DNA of 64,000 nucleotides from Escherichia coli. Its GTDB lineage: Bacteria; Pseudomonadota; Gammaproteobacteria; Enterobacterales; Enterobacteriaceae. Every line of letters begins with the position of its first letter. Positions within the stretch are counted from its first letter, which is position 1. The notes under the pieces were generated by a model that was given only the letters and a program-made list of their open reading frames with translations, searched no databases and was not told the DNA's origin. Below are positions 24,101 through 35,634 of this stretch, in pieces. The stretch lies in assembly GCF_030384885.1 (NCBI RefSeq), contig NZ_CP128613.1. One strand, written 5' to 3'. Position numbers and translations under genes: made by a program.

Positions 24101-24946
24101 TTATTTTACGGGCTCAACCGGTAAATCGGCCCGTGCGCCCCATTCACTCCATGCGCCGTCGTACAGTTTCACGTTTGGCACATCCAGCGTCGCGAGTGCT
24201 AACAAAACCACGGCTGCCGTTACACCAGAACCGCAACTGACGATAATTGGTTTGTCGTAGCTGACACCGCGACCAAAAAATATCGCATCCAGTTCATCGG
24301 TCGTTTTTAGTTCGCCTTCTCGTACTAGTTCTGTCCACGGAACGTTCAACGCGCCGGGAATGTGCCCGCGACGTAAACCTGGGCGAGGTTCATCAACTTC
24401 TGCATTAAAACGTGCAGCCGGGCGGGCATCAATAATTTGCGCCGTATTTTCATGGCTTGCCAATAACACATCGGTTACTTTCACCACAGCCTCAGGATTA
24501 AACGCAGCGTTAAACTCACCTTCTGGCAGCGCTACTGCACCTTCTTCTAATAGCAGATCATCACGCTGCCAACCTGCAAGTCCACCACCCAGAATCGACA
24601 CTTTCTCTACACCAAAGGTGCGCAGCATCCACCATGCACGTGGGGCTGAGAAAAGATTACCTTCGTCATAGACAATCAGGTGCTTATCCTGGTTAACGCC
24701 TAACTCACGCATTGCAACGGCGAACGTTTCCGGGCGCGGCAGCATGTGCGGAAGCGGGGAATTGTGATCAGAAAGCGCTTCGATATCGAAAAACACTGCG
24801 CCGGGAATATGTCCATTCAGATACTCCTGGGCAACGTTACGATCTTCCTGTCCAGGCGGTGCCATGCGGGCATCGATAATCTGAATTTCCGGGTCATCAA
24901 TATGTTCGGCGAGCCAGTCGGCTCCTACAAACCATGTCGTGGACAT
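24101..24946 (-). CDS. sseA: 3-mercaptopyruvate sulfurtransferase (tandem rhodanese) SseA
   Basis: 281 aa from ATG 24946 (MSTTWFVGADW...); catalytic Cys in CGSGVTAA. Confidence 0.9.
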   Translation of the reverse strand: MSTTWFVGADWLAEHIDDPEIQIIDARMAPPGQEDRNVAQEYLNGHIPGAVFFDIEALSDHNSPLPHMLPRPETFAVAMRELGVNQDKHLIVYDEGNLFSAPRAWWMLRTFGVEKVSILGGGLAGWQRDDLLLEEGAVALPEGEFNAAFNPEAVVKVTDVLLASHENTAQIIDARPAARFNAEVDEPRPGLRRGHIPGALNVPWTELVREGELKTTDELDAIFFGRGVSYDKPIIVSCGSGVTAAVVLLALATLDVPNVKLYDGAWSEWGARADLPVEPVK

Positions 24947-25151
24947 AGGCATCTCCATTTTTGCCGGGTTAGGCTAAATTGTCGGATGTTTAGTGAAAAG
25001 CGACAAGCAAAAGAGGCTGATTTGGCTGTCTGAGCCACAATTCTCACTAAAATTCGGATTCCATGGGCGCGATACTGAATTACATAACGTAAATTCTCAC
25101 GCATAATAATTATTAGACGTTGCTAACGGGCCATTGTGGCAGGGATGAAAA

Positions 25152-28100
25152 ATGAAAAAGTTACGCGTAGCCGCCTGCATGCTAATGCTGGCGCTGGCAG
25201 GGTGCGACAACAACGATAACGCGCCAACAGCGGTGAAAAAAGATGCACCTTCTGAAGTTACTAAAGCGGCATCTTCAGAAAACGCGAGTTCAGCAAAACT
25301 CTCTGCACCGGAGCGACAAAAACTGGCACAACAGAGTGCCGGTAAGGCGCTGACATTGCTGGATCTCTCTGAAGTCCAACTCGATGGCGCAGCCACGCTG
25401 GTGCTGACCTTCTCTATCCCTCTCGACCCGGATCAGGATTTCTCGCGCGTTATTCACGTCGTTGATAAAAAAAGCGGCAAAGTGGATGGGGCCTGGGAGC
25501 TGTCAGATAATCTTAAAGAGCTGCGTTTACGCCACCTCGAGCCGAAACGTGATTTGATCGTTACTATTGGCAAGGAGGTCAAGGCACTCAACAACGCAAC
25601 CTTCAGTAAAGATTACGAAAAAACTATAACTACCCGCGATATCCAGCCCAGCGTCGGTTTTGCCAGCCGTGGTTCGCTGCTGCCTGGAAAAGTTATTGAA
25701 GGACTGCCGGTAATGGCGCTCAATGTTAACAATGTCGATGTTAACTTCTTCCGTGTTAAGCCAGAATCTCTGCCAGCATTTATTAGCCAATGGGAATACC
25801 GAAATTCGCTGGCGAACTGGCAGTCAGACAAACTGCTGCAAATGGCGGATCTGGTTTATACCGGACGTTTTGATCTCAATCCTGCGCGTAACACCCGTGA
25901 AAAATTATTGCTGCCGCTGGGTGATATCAAACCGCTTCAGCAGGCGGGTGTGTATCTGGCTGTGATGAATCAGGCTGGACGTTACGATTACAGTAATCCC
26001 GCGACGCTGTTTACATTAAGTGATATCGGCGTATCGGCCCACCGTTATCACAATCGTCTGGATATCTTTACCCAAAGCCTGGAAAACGGCGCGGCCCAGC
26101 AAGGAGTTGAAGTCTCATTATTAAATGAGAAAGGGCAGACTCTGACTCAGGCAACCAGTGATGCCCAGGGGCATGTGCAGCTGGAAAATGATAAAAACGC
26201 GGCATTACTGTTGGCGCGTAAAGACGGTCAGACAACGCTACTCGATTTAAAACTTCCGGCGCTGGACTTAGCAGAATTTAACATTGCTGGCGCGCCAGGC
26301 TATAACAAACAGTTTTTCATGTTTGGCCCGCGCGATCTTTATCGCCCGGGTGAAACAGTCATCCTTAATGGTTTATTGCGTGATGCAGACGGTAAAGCGT
26401 TGCCCGATCAACCCATCAAGCTGGACGTAATTAAACCCGACGGGCAGGTACTCAGGAGCGTCGTTAGTCAGCCGGAGAATGGCCTCTATCACTTTACGTG
26501 GCCACTCAATAGTAATGCGGCCACCGGCATGTGGCATATCCGAGCCAACACGGGCGATAACCAGTATCGGATGTGGGATTTCCACGTCGAAGATTTTATG
26601 CCAGAGCGCATGGCGCTGAATCTGACCGGTGAGAAAACCCCGCTAACGCCGAAAGATGAAGTGAAATTCTCCGTGGTGGGTTACTACCTGTACGGGGCGC
26701 CTGCTAATGGTAATACTTTGCAAGGGCAACTTTTCCTGCGCCCACTGCGTGAAGCTGTGTCAGCCTTACCTGGTTTCGAATTCGGCGATATAGCTGCTGA
26801 AAACCTTTCGCGCACGCTGGATGAAGTTCAGTTGACGCTGGATGATAAAGGGCGCGGCGAAGTTTCTACAGAAAGCCAGTGGAAGGAAACGCATTCCCCA
26901 TTACAGGTTATTTTCCAGGGCAGTTTGCTGGAGTCTGGCGGTCGCCCGGTGACGCGCCGTGCTGAGCAGGCTATCTGGCCTGCCGATGCATTGCCGGGGA
27001 TCCGTCCGCAATTCGCCTCGAAATCGGTTTACGATTATCGCACTGACAGTACGGTAAAACAGCCCATTGTTGATGAAGGCAGTAACGCCGCTTTTGACAT
27101 CGTTTATAGCGATGCACAGGGCGTCAAAAAAGCTGTGTCTGGCTTACAAGTGCGCCTGATTCGCGAACGCCGCGATTACTACTGGAACTGGTCAGAAGAT
27201 GAAGGCTGGCAGTCACAGTTTGATCAAAAAGATCTGATCGAAAATGAACAAACACTGGATCTTCAGGCTGATGAAACCGGTAAAGTCAGTTTCCCGGTAG
27301 AGTGGGGCGCTTATCGTCTGGAAGTCAAAGCGCCGAATGAAGCGGTCAGTAGTGTGCGTTTCTGGGCTGGCTATAGCTGGCAGGACAATAGCGACGGTAG
27401 CGGTGCTGTGCGACCAGACCGTGTCACGCTGAAACTGGATAAAGCCAGTTATCGCCCTGGTGATACCATTAAGTTGCACATTGCCGCGCCAACGGCGGGT
27501 AAAGGCTATGCGATGGTCGAGTCCAGTGAAGGGCCGCTGTGGTGGCAGGAGATTGATGTTCCGGCACAAGGGCTGGATCTGACGATTCCGGTCGATAAAA
27601 CCTGGAATCGTCATGATCTTTATTTAAGTACGCTGGTGGTACGTCCTGGCGATAAATCTCGCTCCGCGACGCCAAAACGCGCAGTTGGCGTGTTGCATTT
27701 GCCGCTTGGCGATGAAAACCGTCGTCTCGATCTGGCGCTGGAAACTCCAGCGAAAATACGCCCCAATCAGCCATTAACCGTGAAAATTAAAGCCAGCAAT
27801 AAAAATGGTGAGATGCCAAAACAGGTGAATGTGCTGGTGTCTGCGGTTGATAGCGGTGTGTTGAATATTACTGATTATGTCACGCCAGATCCGTGGCAGG
27901 CATTCTTTGGTCAGAAACGCTATGGCGCAGATATTTACGATATTTACGGTCAGGTCATTGAAGGTCAGGGGCGTCTGGCAGCTCTGCGTTTTGGTGGCGA
28001 TGGTGATGAACTGAAACGCGGTGGTAAACCGCCAGTAAATCACGTCAATATTGTTGCGCAACAGGCGCTACCGGTAACACTCAACGAACAGGGCGAAGGC

Positions 28101-30113
28101 ACGGTTACATTGCCGATTGGTGATTTTAACGGTGAATTGCGCGTCATGGCACAAGCATGGACGGCAGATGATTTCGGTAGCAACGAAAGCAAAGTGGTTG
28201 TTGCCGCACCGGTGATAGCAGAACTGAATATGCCGCGCTTTATGGCCAGCGGTGACACCTCACGTCTGACGCTGGATATCACTAATCTTACCGATAAACC
28301 GCAAAAACTGAACGTTGCTCTGACCGCCAGTGGCTTGCTTGAACTGGTTAGCGATTCACCCGCAGCCGTTGAATTAGCGCCGGGCGTGCGAACCACGCTG
28401 TTTATCCCGGTGCGAGCATTGCCGGGTTATGGTGATGGTGAAATTCAGGCCACTATTAGCGGGTTAGCGTTACCGGGCGAAACCGTTGCCGATCAGCATA
28501 AGCAGTGGAAAATGGGTGTCCGTCCGGCATTTCCGGCACAAACCGTCAATTACGGTACGGCGTTGCAGCCTGGTGAGACATGGGCGATTCCAGCTGATGG
28601 ATTGCAAAACTTCTCGCCTGTTACGCTGGAAGGGCAATTGTTGTTGAGCGGCAAAGCACCGTTGAATATTGCACGTTATATCAAAGAGTTAAAAGCGTAT
28701 CCGTACGGTTGTCTGGAGCAAACCGCCAGCGGCCTGTTCCCGTCACTTTACACCAACGCAGCCCAACTGCAGGCGTTGGGAATCAAAGGCGACAGTGATG
28801 AGAAGCGCCGTGCGGCAGTCGATATCGGCATTTCTCGTTTACTGCAAATGCAACGTGATAACGGTGGCTTTGCCCTGTGGGATAAAAACGGTGACGAAGA
28901 GTACTGGCTGACGGCTTACGTGATGGATTTCCTGGTCCGCGCAGGTGAGCAGGGTTACAGCGTGCCGACAGAAGCCATTAACCGGGGGAATGAGCGTCTA
29001 CTGCGCTATTTACAAGATCCGGGCATGATGTCGATTCCGTATGCGGATAATCTCAAAGCCAGTAAATTCGCCGTACAGTCTTACGCTGCGCTGGTGCTGG
29101 CCCGTCAGCAAAAGGCACCGCTGGGTGCGCTGCGTGAAATCTGGGAGCATCGTGCCGATGCTGCGTCTGGATTACCGCTGCTGCAACTTGGCGTTGCGCT
29201 GAAAACCATGGGCGATGCAACGCGTGGTGAAGAAGCGATTGTGCTGGCACTGAAAACGCCGCGCAATAGTGATGAGCGGATATGGCTGAGTGATTACGGT
29301 AGTCCACTGCGCGACAACGCATTGATGCTCTCCTTGCTGGAAGAGAACAAATTGCTACCCGATGAGCAGTACCCTCTGCTGAACACACTTTCGCAGCAGG
29401 CGTTCGGTGAACGCTGGTTATCAACTCAGGAAAGCAACGCGCTGTTCCTGGCTGCCCGTACGATTCAGGATTTACCGGGCAAATGGCAGGCGCAAACGTC
29501 TTTCTCTGCTGAGCTGCTGACAGGTGAGAAAGCGCAAACCAGCAATCTGAATAGCGATCAACTTGCCACCTTACAGGTGACCAACAGTGGCGATCAGCCG
29601 TTATGGCTGCGTGTGGATGCCAGCGGTTATCCGCAATCCGCCCCTTTACCGGCGAGCAATGTGCTGCAAATCGAGCGCCATATTCTTGGCACTGACGGTA
29701 AGAGCAAATCGCTGGATTCGTTACGTAGCGGCGATCTGGTACTGGTCTGGTTGCAGGTCAAAGCCAGTAACAGCGTGCCGGATGCTTTGGTCGTTGATTT
29801 ACTGCCTGCTGGCCTGGAACTGGAAAACCAGAACCTGGCTAACGGCAGCGCCAGCCTGGAGCAAAGTGGTAGCGAAGTGCAAAACCTACTCAGTCAAATG
29901 CAACAAGCGAACATTAAGCACATTGAGTTCCGTGACGATCGCTTTGTGGCGGCGGTTGCCGTTGATGAATATCAACCAGTCACGCTGGTGTATCTGGCGC
30001 GGGCGGTAACGCCGGGAACATACAATGTTCCGCAACCAATGGTGGAATCGATGTATGTTCCCCACTGGCGGGCGACTGGCGCGGCTGAAGATCTGTTGAT
30101 TGTCAGACCGTAA
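25152..30113 (+). CDS. yfhM: Bacterial alpha-2-macroglobulin (ECAM) lipoprotein with thioester site
   Basis: 1653 aa; lipobox LALAGC; thioester motif CLEQ (GCLEQTASG) near nt 28710-28721. Confidence 0.9.
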   Translation: MKKLRVAACMLMLALAGCDNNDNAPTAVKKDAPSEVTKAASSENASSAKLSAPERQKLAQQSAGKALTLLDLSEVQLDGAATLVLTFSIPLDPDQDFSRVIHVVDKKSGKVDGAWELSDNLKELRLRHLEPKRDLIVTIGKEVKALNNATFSKDYEKTITTRDIQPSVGFASRGSLLPGKVIEGLPVMALNVNNVDVNFFRVKPESLPAFISQWEYRNSLANWQSDKLLQMADLVYTGRFDLNPARNTREKLLLPLGDIKPLQQAGVYLAVMNQAGRYDYSNPATLFTLSDIGVSAHRYHNRLDIFTQSLENGAAQQGVEVSLLNEKGQTLTQATSDAQGHVQLENDKNAALLLARKDGQTTLLDLKLPALDLAEFNIAGAPGYNKQFFMFGPRDLYRPGETVILNGLLRDADGKALPDQPIKLDVIKPDGQVLRSVVSQPENGLYHFTWPLNSNAATGMWHIRANTGDNQYRMWDFHVEDFMPERMALNLTGEKTPLTPKDEVKFSVVGYYLYGAPANGNTLQGQLFLRPLREAVSALPGFEFGDIAAENLSRTLDEVQLTLDDKGRGEVSTESQWKETHSPLQVIFQGSLLESGGRPVTRRAEQAIWPADALPGIRPQFASKSVYDYRTDSTVKQPIVDEGSNAAFDIVYSDAQGVKKAVSGLQVRLIRERRDYYWNWSEDEGWQSQFDQKDLIENEQTLDLQADETGKVSFPVEWGAYRLEVKAPNEAVSSVRFWAGYSWQDNSDGSGAVRPDRVTLKLDKASYRPGDTIKLHIAAPTAGKGYAMVESSEGPLWWQEIDVPAQGLDLTIPVDKTWNRHDLYLSTLVVRPGDKSRSATPKRAVGVLHLPLGDENRRLDLALETPAKIRPNQPLTVKIKASNKNGEMPKQVNVLVSAVDSGVLNITDYVTPDPWQAFFGQKRYGADIYDIYGQVIEGQGRLAALRFGGDGDELKRGGKPPVNHVNIVAQQALPVTLNEQGEGTVTLPIGDFNGELRVMAQAWTADDFGSNESKVVVAAPVIAELNMPRFMASGDTSRLTLDITNLTDKPQKLNVALTASGLLELVSDSPAAVELAPGVRTTLFIPVRALPGYGDGEIQATISGLALPGETVADQHKQWKMGVRPAFPAQTVNYGTALQPGETWAIPADGLQNFSPVTLEGQLLLSGKAPLNIARYIKELKAYPYGCLEQTASGLFPSLYTNAAQLQALGIKGDSDEKRRAAVDIGISRLLQMQRDNGGFALWDKNGDEEYWLTAYVMDFLVRAGEQGYSVPTEAINRGNERLLRYLQDPGMMSIPYADNLKASKFAVQSYAALVLARQQKAPLGALREIWEHRADAASGLPLLQLGVALKTMGDATRGEEAIVLALKTPRNSDERIWLSDYGSPLRDNALMLSLLEENKLLPDEQYPLLNTLSQQAFGERWLSTQESNALFLAARTIQDLPGKWQAQTSFSAELLTGEKAQTSNLNSDQLATLQVTNSGDQPLWLRVDASGYPQSAPLPASNVLQIERHILGTDGKSKSLDSLRSGDLVLVWLQVKASNSVPDALVVDLLPAGLELENQNLANGSASLEQSGSEVQNLLSQMQQANIKHIEFRDDRFVAAVAVDEYQPVTLVYLARAVTPGTYNVPQPMVESMYVPHWRATGAAEDLLIVRP

Positions 30114-32426
30114 ATGCCTCGCCTGTTAACCAAACGCGGCTGCTGGATAGCGCTGGCAGCTGCGCCTTTTCTCCTTTTTTTTGCCGCGTGGGGAGCAGAT
30201 AAACTCTGGCCCCTGCCATTGCATGAAGTCAATCCCGCACGCGTAGTCGTGGCGCAGGATGGTACGCCACTCTGGCGTTTCGCCGATGCTGAGGGCATCT
30301 GGCGCTATCCGGTAACCATCGAAGATGTCTCTCCGCGTTACCTTGAAGCACTGATCAATTATGAAGATCGCTGGTTCTGGAAGCATCCGGGGGTGAATCC
30401 ATTCTCGGTGGCGCGCGCAGCATGGCAAGATCTCACTTCGGGACGGGTTATTTCCGGCGGCAGCACACTCACCATGCAGGTTGCTCGTCTGCTTGATCCT
30501 CACCCCAAAACTTTTGGCGGCAAAATTCGCCAGCTCTGGCGCGCGTTTCAACTGGAATGGCACTTGTCTAAACGTGACATTCTGACCTTGTATCTTAATC
30601 GCGCTCCGTTTGGTGGTACGTTGCAGGGGATCGGTGCGGCAAGTTGGGCATATCTCGGAAAATCGCCTGCGAATTTAAGCTATTCCGAGGCGGCAATGCT
30701 GGCGGTGTTACCACAAGCGCCCAGCCGACTGCGTCCGGATCGCTGGCCGGAACGTGCCGAGGCCGCACGTAATAAAGTGCTCAATCGGATGGCTGCGCAA
30801 GGTGTGTGGTCCCGTGAGCAGGTAAAAGAATCTAGTGAAGAGCCCATCTGGTTGGCACCCAGACAAATGCCGCAACTGGCACCGCTGTTTTCGCGCATGA
30901 TGCTCGGTAAAAGCAAAAGCGACAAAATCGTTACTACGCTGGATGCTGGTTTACAGCGTCGTCTGGAAGAACTGGCGCAAAACTGGAAAGGACGGTTGCC
31001 ACCGCGCAGTTCGTTGGCAATGATCGTTGTTGATCATACTGATATGAGTGTGCGCGGCTGGGTAGGATCGGTTGATCTTAATGATGATTCCCGCTTTGGG
31101 CATGTCGATATGGTCAATGCGATCCGATCGCCGGGATCGGTACTCAAACCGTTTGTTTATGGTCTGGCGCTGGATGAAGGCTTGATCCACCCTGCATCGC
31201 TGTTGCAAGATGTTCCCCGGCGCACTGGTGATTATCGACCAGGCAACTTTGACAGCGGTTTTCATGGCCCGATCAGCATGAGTGAAGCGCTGGTGCGCTC
31301 GCTGAATTTACCTGCTGTGCAGGTGCTGGAAGCCTATGGACCGAAACGGTTTGCGGCAAAGTTACGCAATGTTGGATTGCCGTTATATTTGCCCAACGGT
31401 GCTGCACCGAATCTTTCGCTCATTCTCGGCGGCGCAGGTGCAAAACTGGAGGATATGGCTGCAGCGTATACCGCATTTGCTCGCCACGGTAAGGCGGGTA
31501 AGTTGCGCTTACAGCCGGGGGACCCATTACTTGAGCGACCGTTAATGTCGCCGGGGGCCGCGTGGATTATCCGCCGTATTATGGCAGATGAAGCGCAGCC
31601 GCTTCCGGATGGCGCTTTGCCACGCGTCGTACCACTGGCGTGGAAAACAGGAACCAGTTATGGCTATCGCGATGCATGGGCTATTGGCGTTAACGCTCGT
31701 TACGTAATTGGGATCTGGACTGGCAGACCGGACGGTACGCCCGTTGTCGGTCAGTTTGGCTTTGCCAGCGCCGTACCGCTGTTGAATCAGGTCAATAATA
31801 TCTTACTGTCGCGCAGTGCGAATCTGCCGGAAGACCCGCGTCCTGATTCTGTAAGCCGTGGCGTTATCTGCTGGCCGGGTGGGCAATCATTGCCAGAAGG
31901 CGATAGCAATTGCCGCCGTCGTCTTGCCACCTGGCTGCTCGAAGATAGCCAGCCACCAACATTACTTTTACCGGAGCAAGAAGGAATAAGTGGGATTCGT
32001 TTCCCCATCTGGCTTGATGAGCAAGGTAAACGTGTTGCTGCTGATTGTCCTCAGGCTCGACAAGAAATGATTAATGTCTGGCCGTTACCGCTGGAACCCT
32101 GGCTACCTGCTGCTGAACGACGAGCAGCGCGCTTACCTGGGGCATCAACAAATTGCTCGCCGTATGGTCGTGATGCTCAGGTACCTTTACAGTTGATTGG
32201 TGTGCGTAATGGCGTAATTATCAAACGTCTGCCAGGAGCTACTGATGCGTCATTACCAGTACAATTAAGCGGAGGAACAGGCGAACGCTGGTGGTTTCTT
32301 AATGGTGAACCGTTAGCTGAACGCGGGCGTAACGTGACTCTGCATTTGACAGAGAAAGGCGATTATCAATTGCTGGTAATGGACGAAATGGGGCAGGTGG
32401 CGACAGTGAGATTTGTCATGCAGTAG
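30114..32426 (+). CDS. pbpC: Penicillin-binding protein 1C (bifunctional transglycosylase/transpeptidase)
   Basis: 770 aa; start codon abuts yfhM stop; transglycosylase motifs (EDRWFWKHPG, GGSTLTMQ) and SxxK (GSVLKP). Confidence 0.9.
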   Translation: MPRLLTKRGCWIALAAAPFLLFFAAWGADKLWPLPLHEVNPARVVVAQDGTPLWRFADAEGIWRYPVTIEDVSPRYLEALINYEDRWFWKHPGVNPFSVARAAWQDLTSGRVISGGSTLTMQVARLLDPHPKTFGGKIRQLWRAFQLEWHLSKRDILTLYLNRAPFGGTLQGIGAASWAYLGKSPANLSYSEAAMLAVLPQAPSRLRPDRWPERAEAARNKVLNRMAAQGVWSREQVKESSEEPIWLAPRQMPQLAPLFSRMMLGKSKSDKIVTTLDAGLQRRLEELAQNWKGRLPPRSSLAMIVVDHTDMSVRGWVGSVDLNDDSRFGHVDMVNAIRSPGSVLKPFVYGLALDEGLIHPASLLQDVPRRTGDYRPGNFDSGFHGPISMSEALVRSLNLPAVQVLEAYGPKRFAAKLRNVGLPLYLPNGAAPNLSLILGGAGAKLEDMAAAYTAFARHGKAGKLRLQPGDPLLERPLMSPGAAWIIRRIMADEAQPLPDGALPRVVPLAWKTGTSYGYRDAWAIGVNARYVIGIWTGRPDGTPVVGQFGFASAVPLLNQVNNILLSRSANLPEDPRPDSVSRGVICWPGGQSLPEGDSNCRRRLATWLLEDSQPPTLLLPEQEGISGIRFPIWLDEQGKRVAADCPQARQEMINVWPLPLEPWLPAAERRAARLPGASTNCSPYGRDAQVPLQLIGVRNGVIIKRLPGATDASLPVQLSGGTGERWWFLNGEPLAERGRNVTLHLTEKGDYQLLVMDEMGQVATVRFVMQ

Positions 32427-32574
32427 TCTGTTTTGCTCATATTTGTTGCTTAAACTCGTTTTATTTTAAAAAAATGTTACCTTCATCAATAGTCAACGGC
32501 CCTGTTGCTCATTATAATCCGCGCCATCTCGTACGCTGGTACAGACAACAACAGAACAATTTACAGAGGTAAAA

Positions 32575-33006
32575 ATGGCTATTGAACGTACTTTTTCCAT
32601 CATCAAACCGAACGCGGTAGCAAAAAACGTCATTGGTAATATCTTTGCGCGCTTTGAAGCTGCAGGGTTCAAAATTGTCGGCACCAAAATGCTGCACCTG
32701 ACCGTTGAACAGGCTCGTGGCTTTTATGCTGAACACGATGGAAAACCGTTCTTTGATGGTCTGGTTGAATTCATGACCTCTGGTCCGATCGTGGTTTCCG
32801 TGCTGGAAGGTGAAAACGCCGTTCAGCGTCACCGCGATCTGCTGGGCGCGACCAATCCGGCAAACGCACTGGCCGGTACTCTGCGTGCTGATTACGCTGA
32901 CAGCCTGACCGAAAATGGTACCCACGGTTCTGATTCCGTCGAATCTGCCGCTCGCGAAATCGCTTATTTCTTCGGCGAAGGCGAAGTGTGCCCGCGCACC
33001 CGTTAA
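32575..33006 (+). CDS. ndk: Nucleoside diphosphate kinase
   Basis: 143 aa; active-site region NGTHGSDS. Confidence 0.95.
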
Positions 33007-33064
33007 TAATTTCGTAAATGCCGCGTGCAAACGTGGCATCCGTGCGCCAGAATTTGTACAATGC

Positions 33065-33108
33065 AGCGCCCCCGGACGAGCAGCCGCTCACCGGGGCGTT
33101 TCTTTTTT
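33065..33108 (+). terminator. Rho-independent terminator after ndk
   Basis: gcgcccccgg...ccggggcg stem followed by tttcttttttc. Confidence 0.6.
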
Positions 33109-33155
33109 CAACCCTCCAGGGGCCATAACGTGTAATAACGAGGCCGGAATAGCAT

Positions 33156-34310
33156 ATGTCTGAACAATTAGTCACACCTGAAAACGTCACCACGAAAGAT
33201 GGAAAAATCAACCTGCTGGATCTCAACCGTCAGCAGATGCGGGAGTTTTTTAAAGATTTAGGTGAAAAACCCTTCCGCGCCGATCAGGTGATGAAGTGGA
33301 TGTATCACTATTGCTGCGACAACTTTGATGAGATGACCGACATCAACAAAGTGTTGCGCGGCAAGCTAAAAGAGGTGGCGGAAATCCGCGCACCGGAAGT
33401 GGTTGAAGAACAGCGTTCATCTGACGGCACCATTAAATGGGCGATTGCCGTTGGCGATCAGCGCGTCGAAACGGTGTATATCCCGGAAGACGACCGTGCC
33501 ACGCTTTGCGTTTCCTCGCAGGTGGGGTGTGCGCTGGAGTGTAAATTCTGTTCCACCGCCCAGCAGGGCTTTAACCGCAATCTGCGGGTGTCGGAAATTA
33601 TCGGCCAGGTGTGGCGTGCAGCGAAAATCGTTGGCGCAGCAAAAGTCACCGGTCAGCGCCCAATCACTAACGTAGTGATGATGGGTATGGGCGAGCCGCT
33701 GCTCAACCTGAACAACGTCGTTCCGGCGATGGAAATCATGCTCGATGATTTCGGTTTTGGTCTGTCTAAACGTCGCGTTACGCTCTCTACATCAGGCGTT
33801 GTTCCGGCGCTGGATAAACTGGGCGATATGATCGACGTAGCGCTGGCAATTTCCCTGCATGCGCCGAACGACGAAATTCGTGACGAAATTGTGCCGATCA
33901 ACAAAAAGTACAATATCGAAACGTTTCTTGCTGCGGTGCGCCGCTATCTGGAGAAATCTAACGCCAATCAGGGCCGAGTCACTATTGAATACGTGATGCT
34001 TGATCACGTTAACGACGGCACTGAACACGCGCACCAACTGGCGGAGCTGCTGAAAGATACGCCGTGTAAGATCAACCTGATCCCGTGGAACCCGTTCCCT
34101 GGCGCGCCGTATGGACGCAGCTCAAACAGTCGTATCGACCGTTTCTCAAAAGTGCTGATGAGCTACGGTTTCACCACTATTGTGCGTAAAACTCGTGGTG
34201 ATGATATCGATGCTGCCTGTGGTCAGTTGGCGGGCGATGTTATCGACCGTACTAAACGTACCCTGCGTAAACGAATGCAGGGTGAGGCCATCGACATTAA
34301 AGCGGTCTGA
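33156..34310 (+). CDS. rlmN: 23S rRNA/tRNA adenine-C2 methyltransferase RlmN (radical SAM)
   Basis: 384 aa; radical-SAM CxxxCxxC (CALECKFC). Confidence 0.95.
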
Positions 34311-34312
34311 TA

Positions 34313-34357
34313 GCCATTACGCCACGGTTACTTTATGTACCGTGGCGTAATCTTTTA
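34313..34357 (+). terminator. Rho-independent terminator after rlmN
   Basis: attacgccacggt...accgtggcgtaat 13-bp stem followed by ctttt. Confidence 0.6.
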
Positions 34358-34594
34358 TGAATGAAGTATTAAGTTGCAATTGTCAGGTCAATATTAACGG
34401 TGCGTTTTTGCTGACTTTAAGGCAGTATGTAACGATGCAACAGTAAGTTAGCCTTAGTGAATGTGGGCTTTGTCACGAGCACACAGACGGTCTTATACTG
34501 TATGATAACGGTTAACTTAACGGATGTTTCGCGGTGTGGGTGAGCATGATGGTTCACCGGCATCTCAATTCTCATTTAAACGTACCTGCAGCGA

Positions 34595-35608
34595 ATGAAT
34601 ACTGAAGCCACGCACGACCAAAATGAAGCACTTACTACCGGCGCTCGCCTGCGTAATGCTCGCGAACAACTAGGACTTAGTCAGCAGGCCGTTGCTGAGC
34701 GACTTTGCCTGAAGGTTTCCACGGTACGCGACATTGAAGAAGATAAGGCACCTGCCGATCTTGCTTCAACATTCCTGCGCGGATATATCCGCTCTTATGC
34801 GCGTCTGGTACATATTCCAGAAGAAGAACTGCTACCGGGGCTGGAAAAACAGGCTCCACTACGAGCTGCAAAAGTTGCGCCGATGCAGAGTTTTTCCCTC
34901 GGTAAACGCCGCAAAAAACGTGACGGCTGGCTGATGACCTTCACCTGGCTGGTGTTGTTTGTGGTTATTGGCCTGAGCGGTGCCTGGTGGTGGCAAGACC
35001 ACAAAGCTCAGCAGGAAGAGATCACTACTATGGCCGATCAATCTTCTGCGGAACTGAGCAGTAATAACGAACAGGGGCAGAGTGTTCCGTTAGATACGTC
35101 GACAACCACAGACCCGACTACGACGTCCACGCCGCCAGCGTCTGTGGATACTACCGCAACTAACACGCAAACACCTGCCATAACTTCGCCAGCACCAGCT
35201 GTTGATTCACAACAGAATGCAGTTGTTTCACCTTCGCAGGCAAATGTTGATACCGCTGCGACCCCGGCACCAACGGCAACAACAACGCCAGATGGTGCTG
35301 CGCCGTTGCCAACCGATCAGGCTGGCGTGACCACGCCAGCGGCTGATCCGAATGCGTTGGTGATGAACTTTACTGCCGATTGCTGGCTGGAAGTCACTGA
35401 CGCTACCGGTAAAAAACTGTTTAGCGGTATGCAGCGTAAAGACGGTAATTTGAACTTAACCGGCCAGGCTCCGTACAAACTGAAAATTGGTGCGCCAGCC
35501 GCAGTACAGATCCAGTATCAAGGGAAACCTGTCGATCTGAGTCGTTTTATCAGAACTAACCAGGTTGCGCGTCTGACCCTCAATGCCGAACAATCAGCGG
35601 CGCAGTAA
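34595..35608 (+). CDS. rodZ: Cytoskeleton protein RodZ (HTH-XRE, TM, Thr/Pro-rich linker)
   Basis: 337 aa; N-terminal HTH, single TM, low-complexity T/P-rich periplasmic linker. Confidence 0.9.
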   Translation: MNTEATHDQNEALTTGARLRNAREQLGLSQQAVAERLCLKVSTVRDIEEDKAPADLASTFLRGYIRSYARLVHIPEEELLPGLEKQAPLRAAKVAPMQSFSLGKRRKKRDGWLMTFTWLVLFVVIGLSGAWWWQDHKAQQEEITTMADQSSAELSSNNEQGQSVPLDTSTTTDPTTTSTPPASVDTTATNTQTPAITSPAPAVDSQQNAVVSPSQANVDTAATPAPTATTTPDGAAPLPTDQAGVTTPAADPNALVMNFTADCWLEVTDATGKKLFSGMQRKDGNLNLTGQAPYKLKIGAPAAVQIQYQGKPVDLSRFIRTNQVARLTLNAEQSAAQ

Positions 35609-35634
35609 CAGACGGGTAACGCGGGAGATTTTTC

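Noticed and set aside
25097-25396. 99-aa minus-strand ORF spanning the yfhM promoter and 5' end
   Set aside because: Overlaps the yfhM signal-peptide coding region in antisense, Ala/Ser-rich low-complexity translation, no RBS
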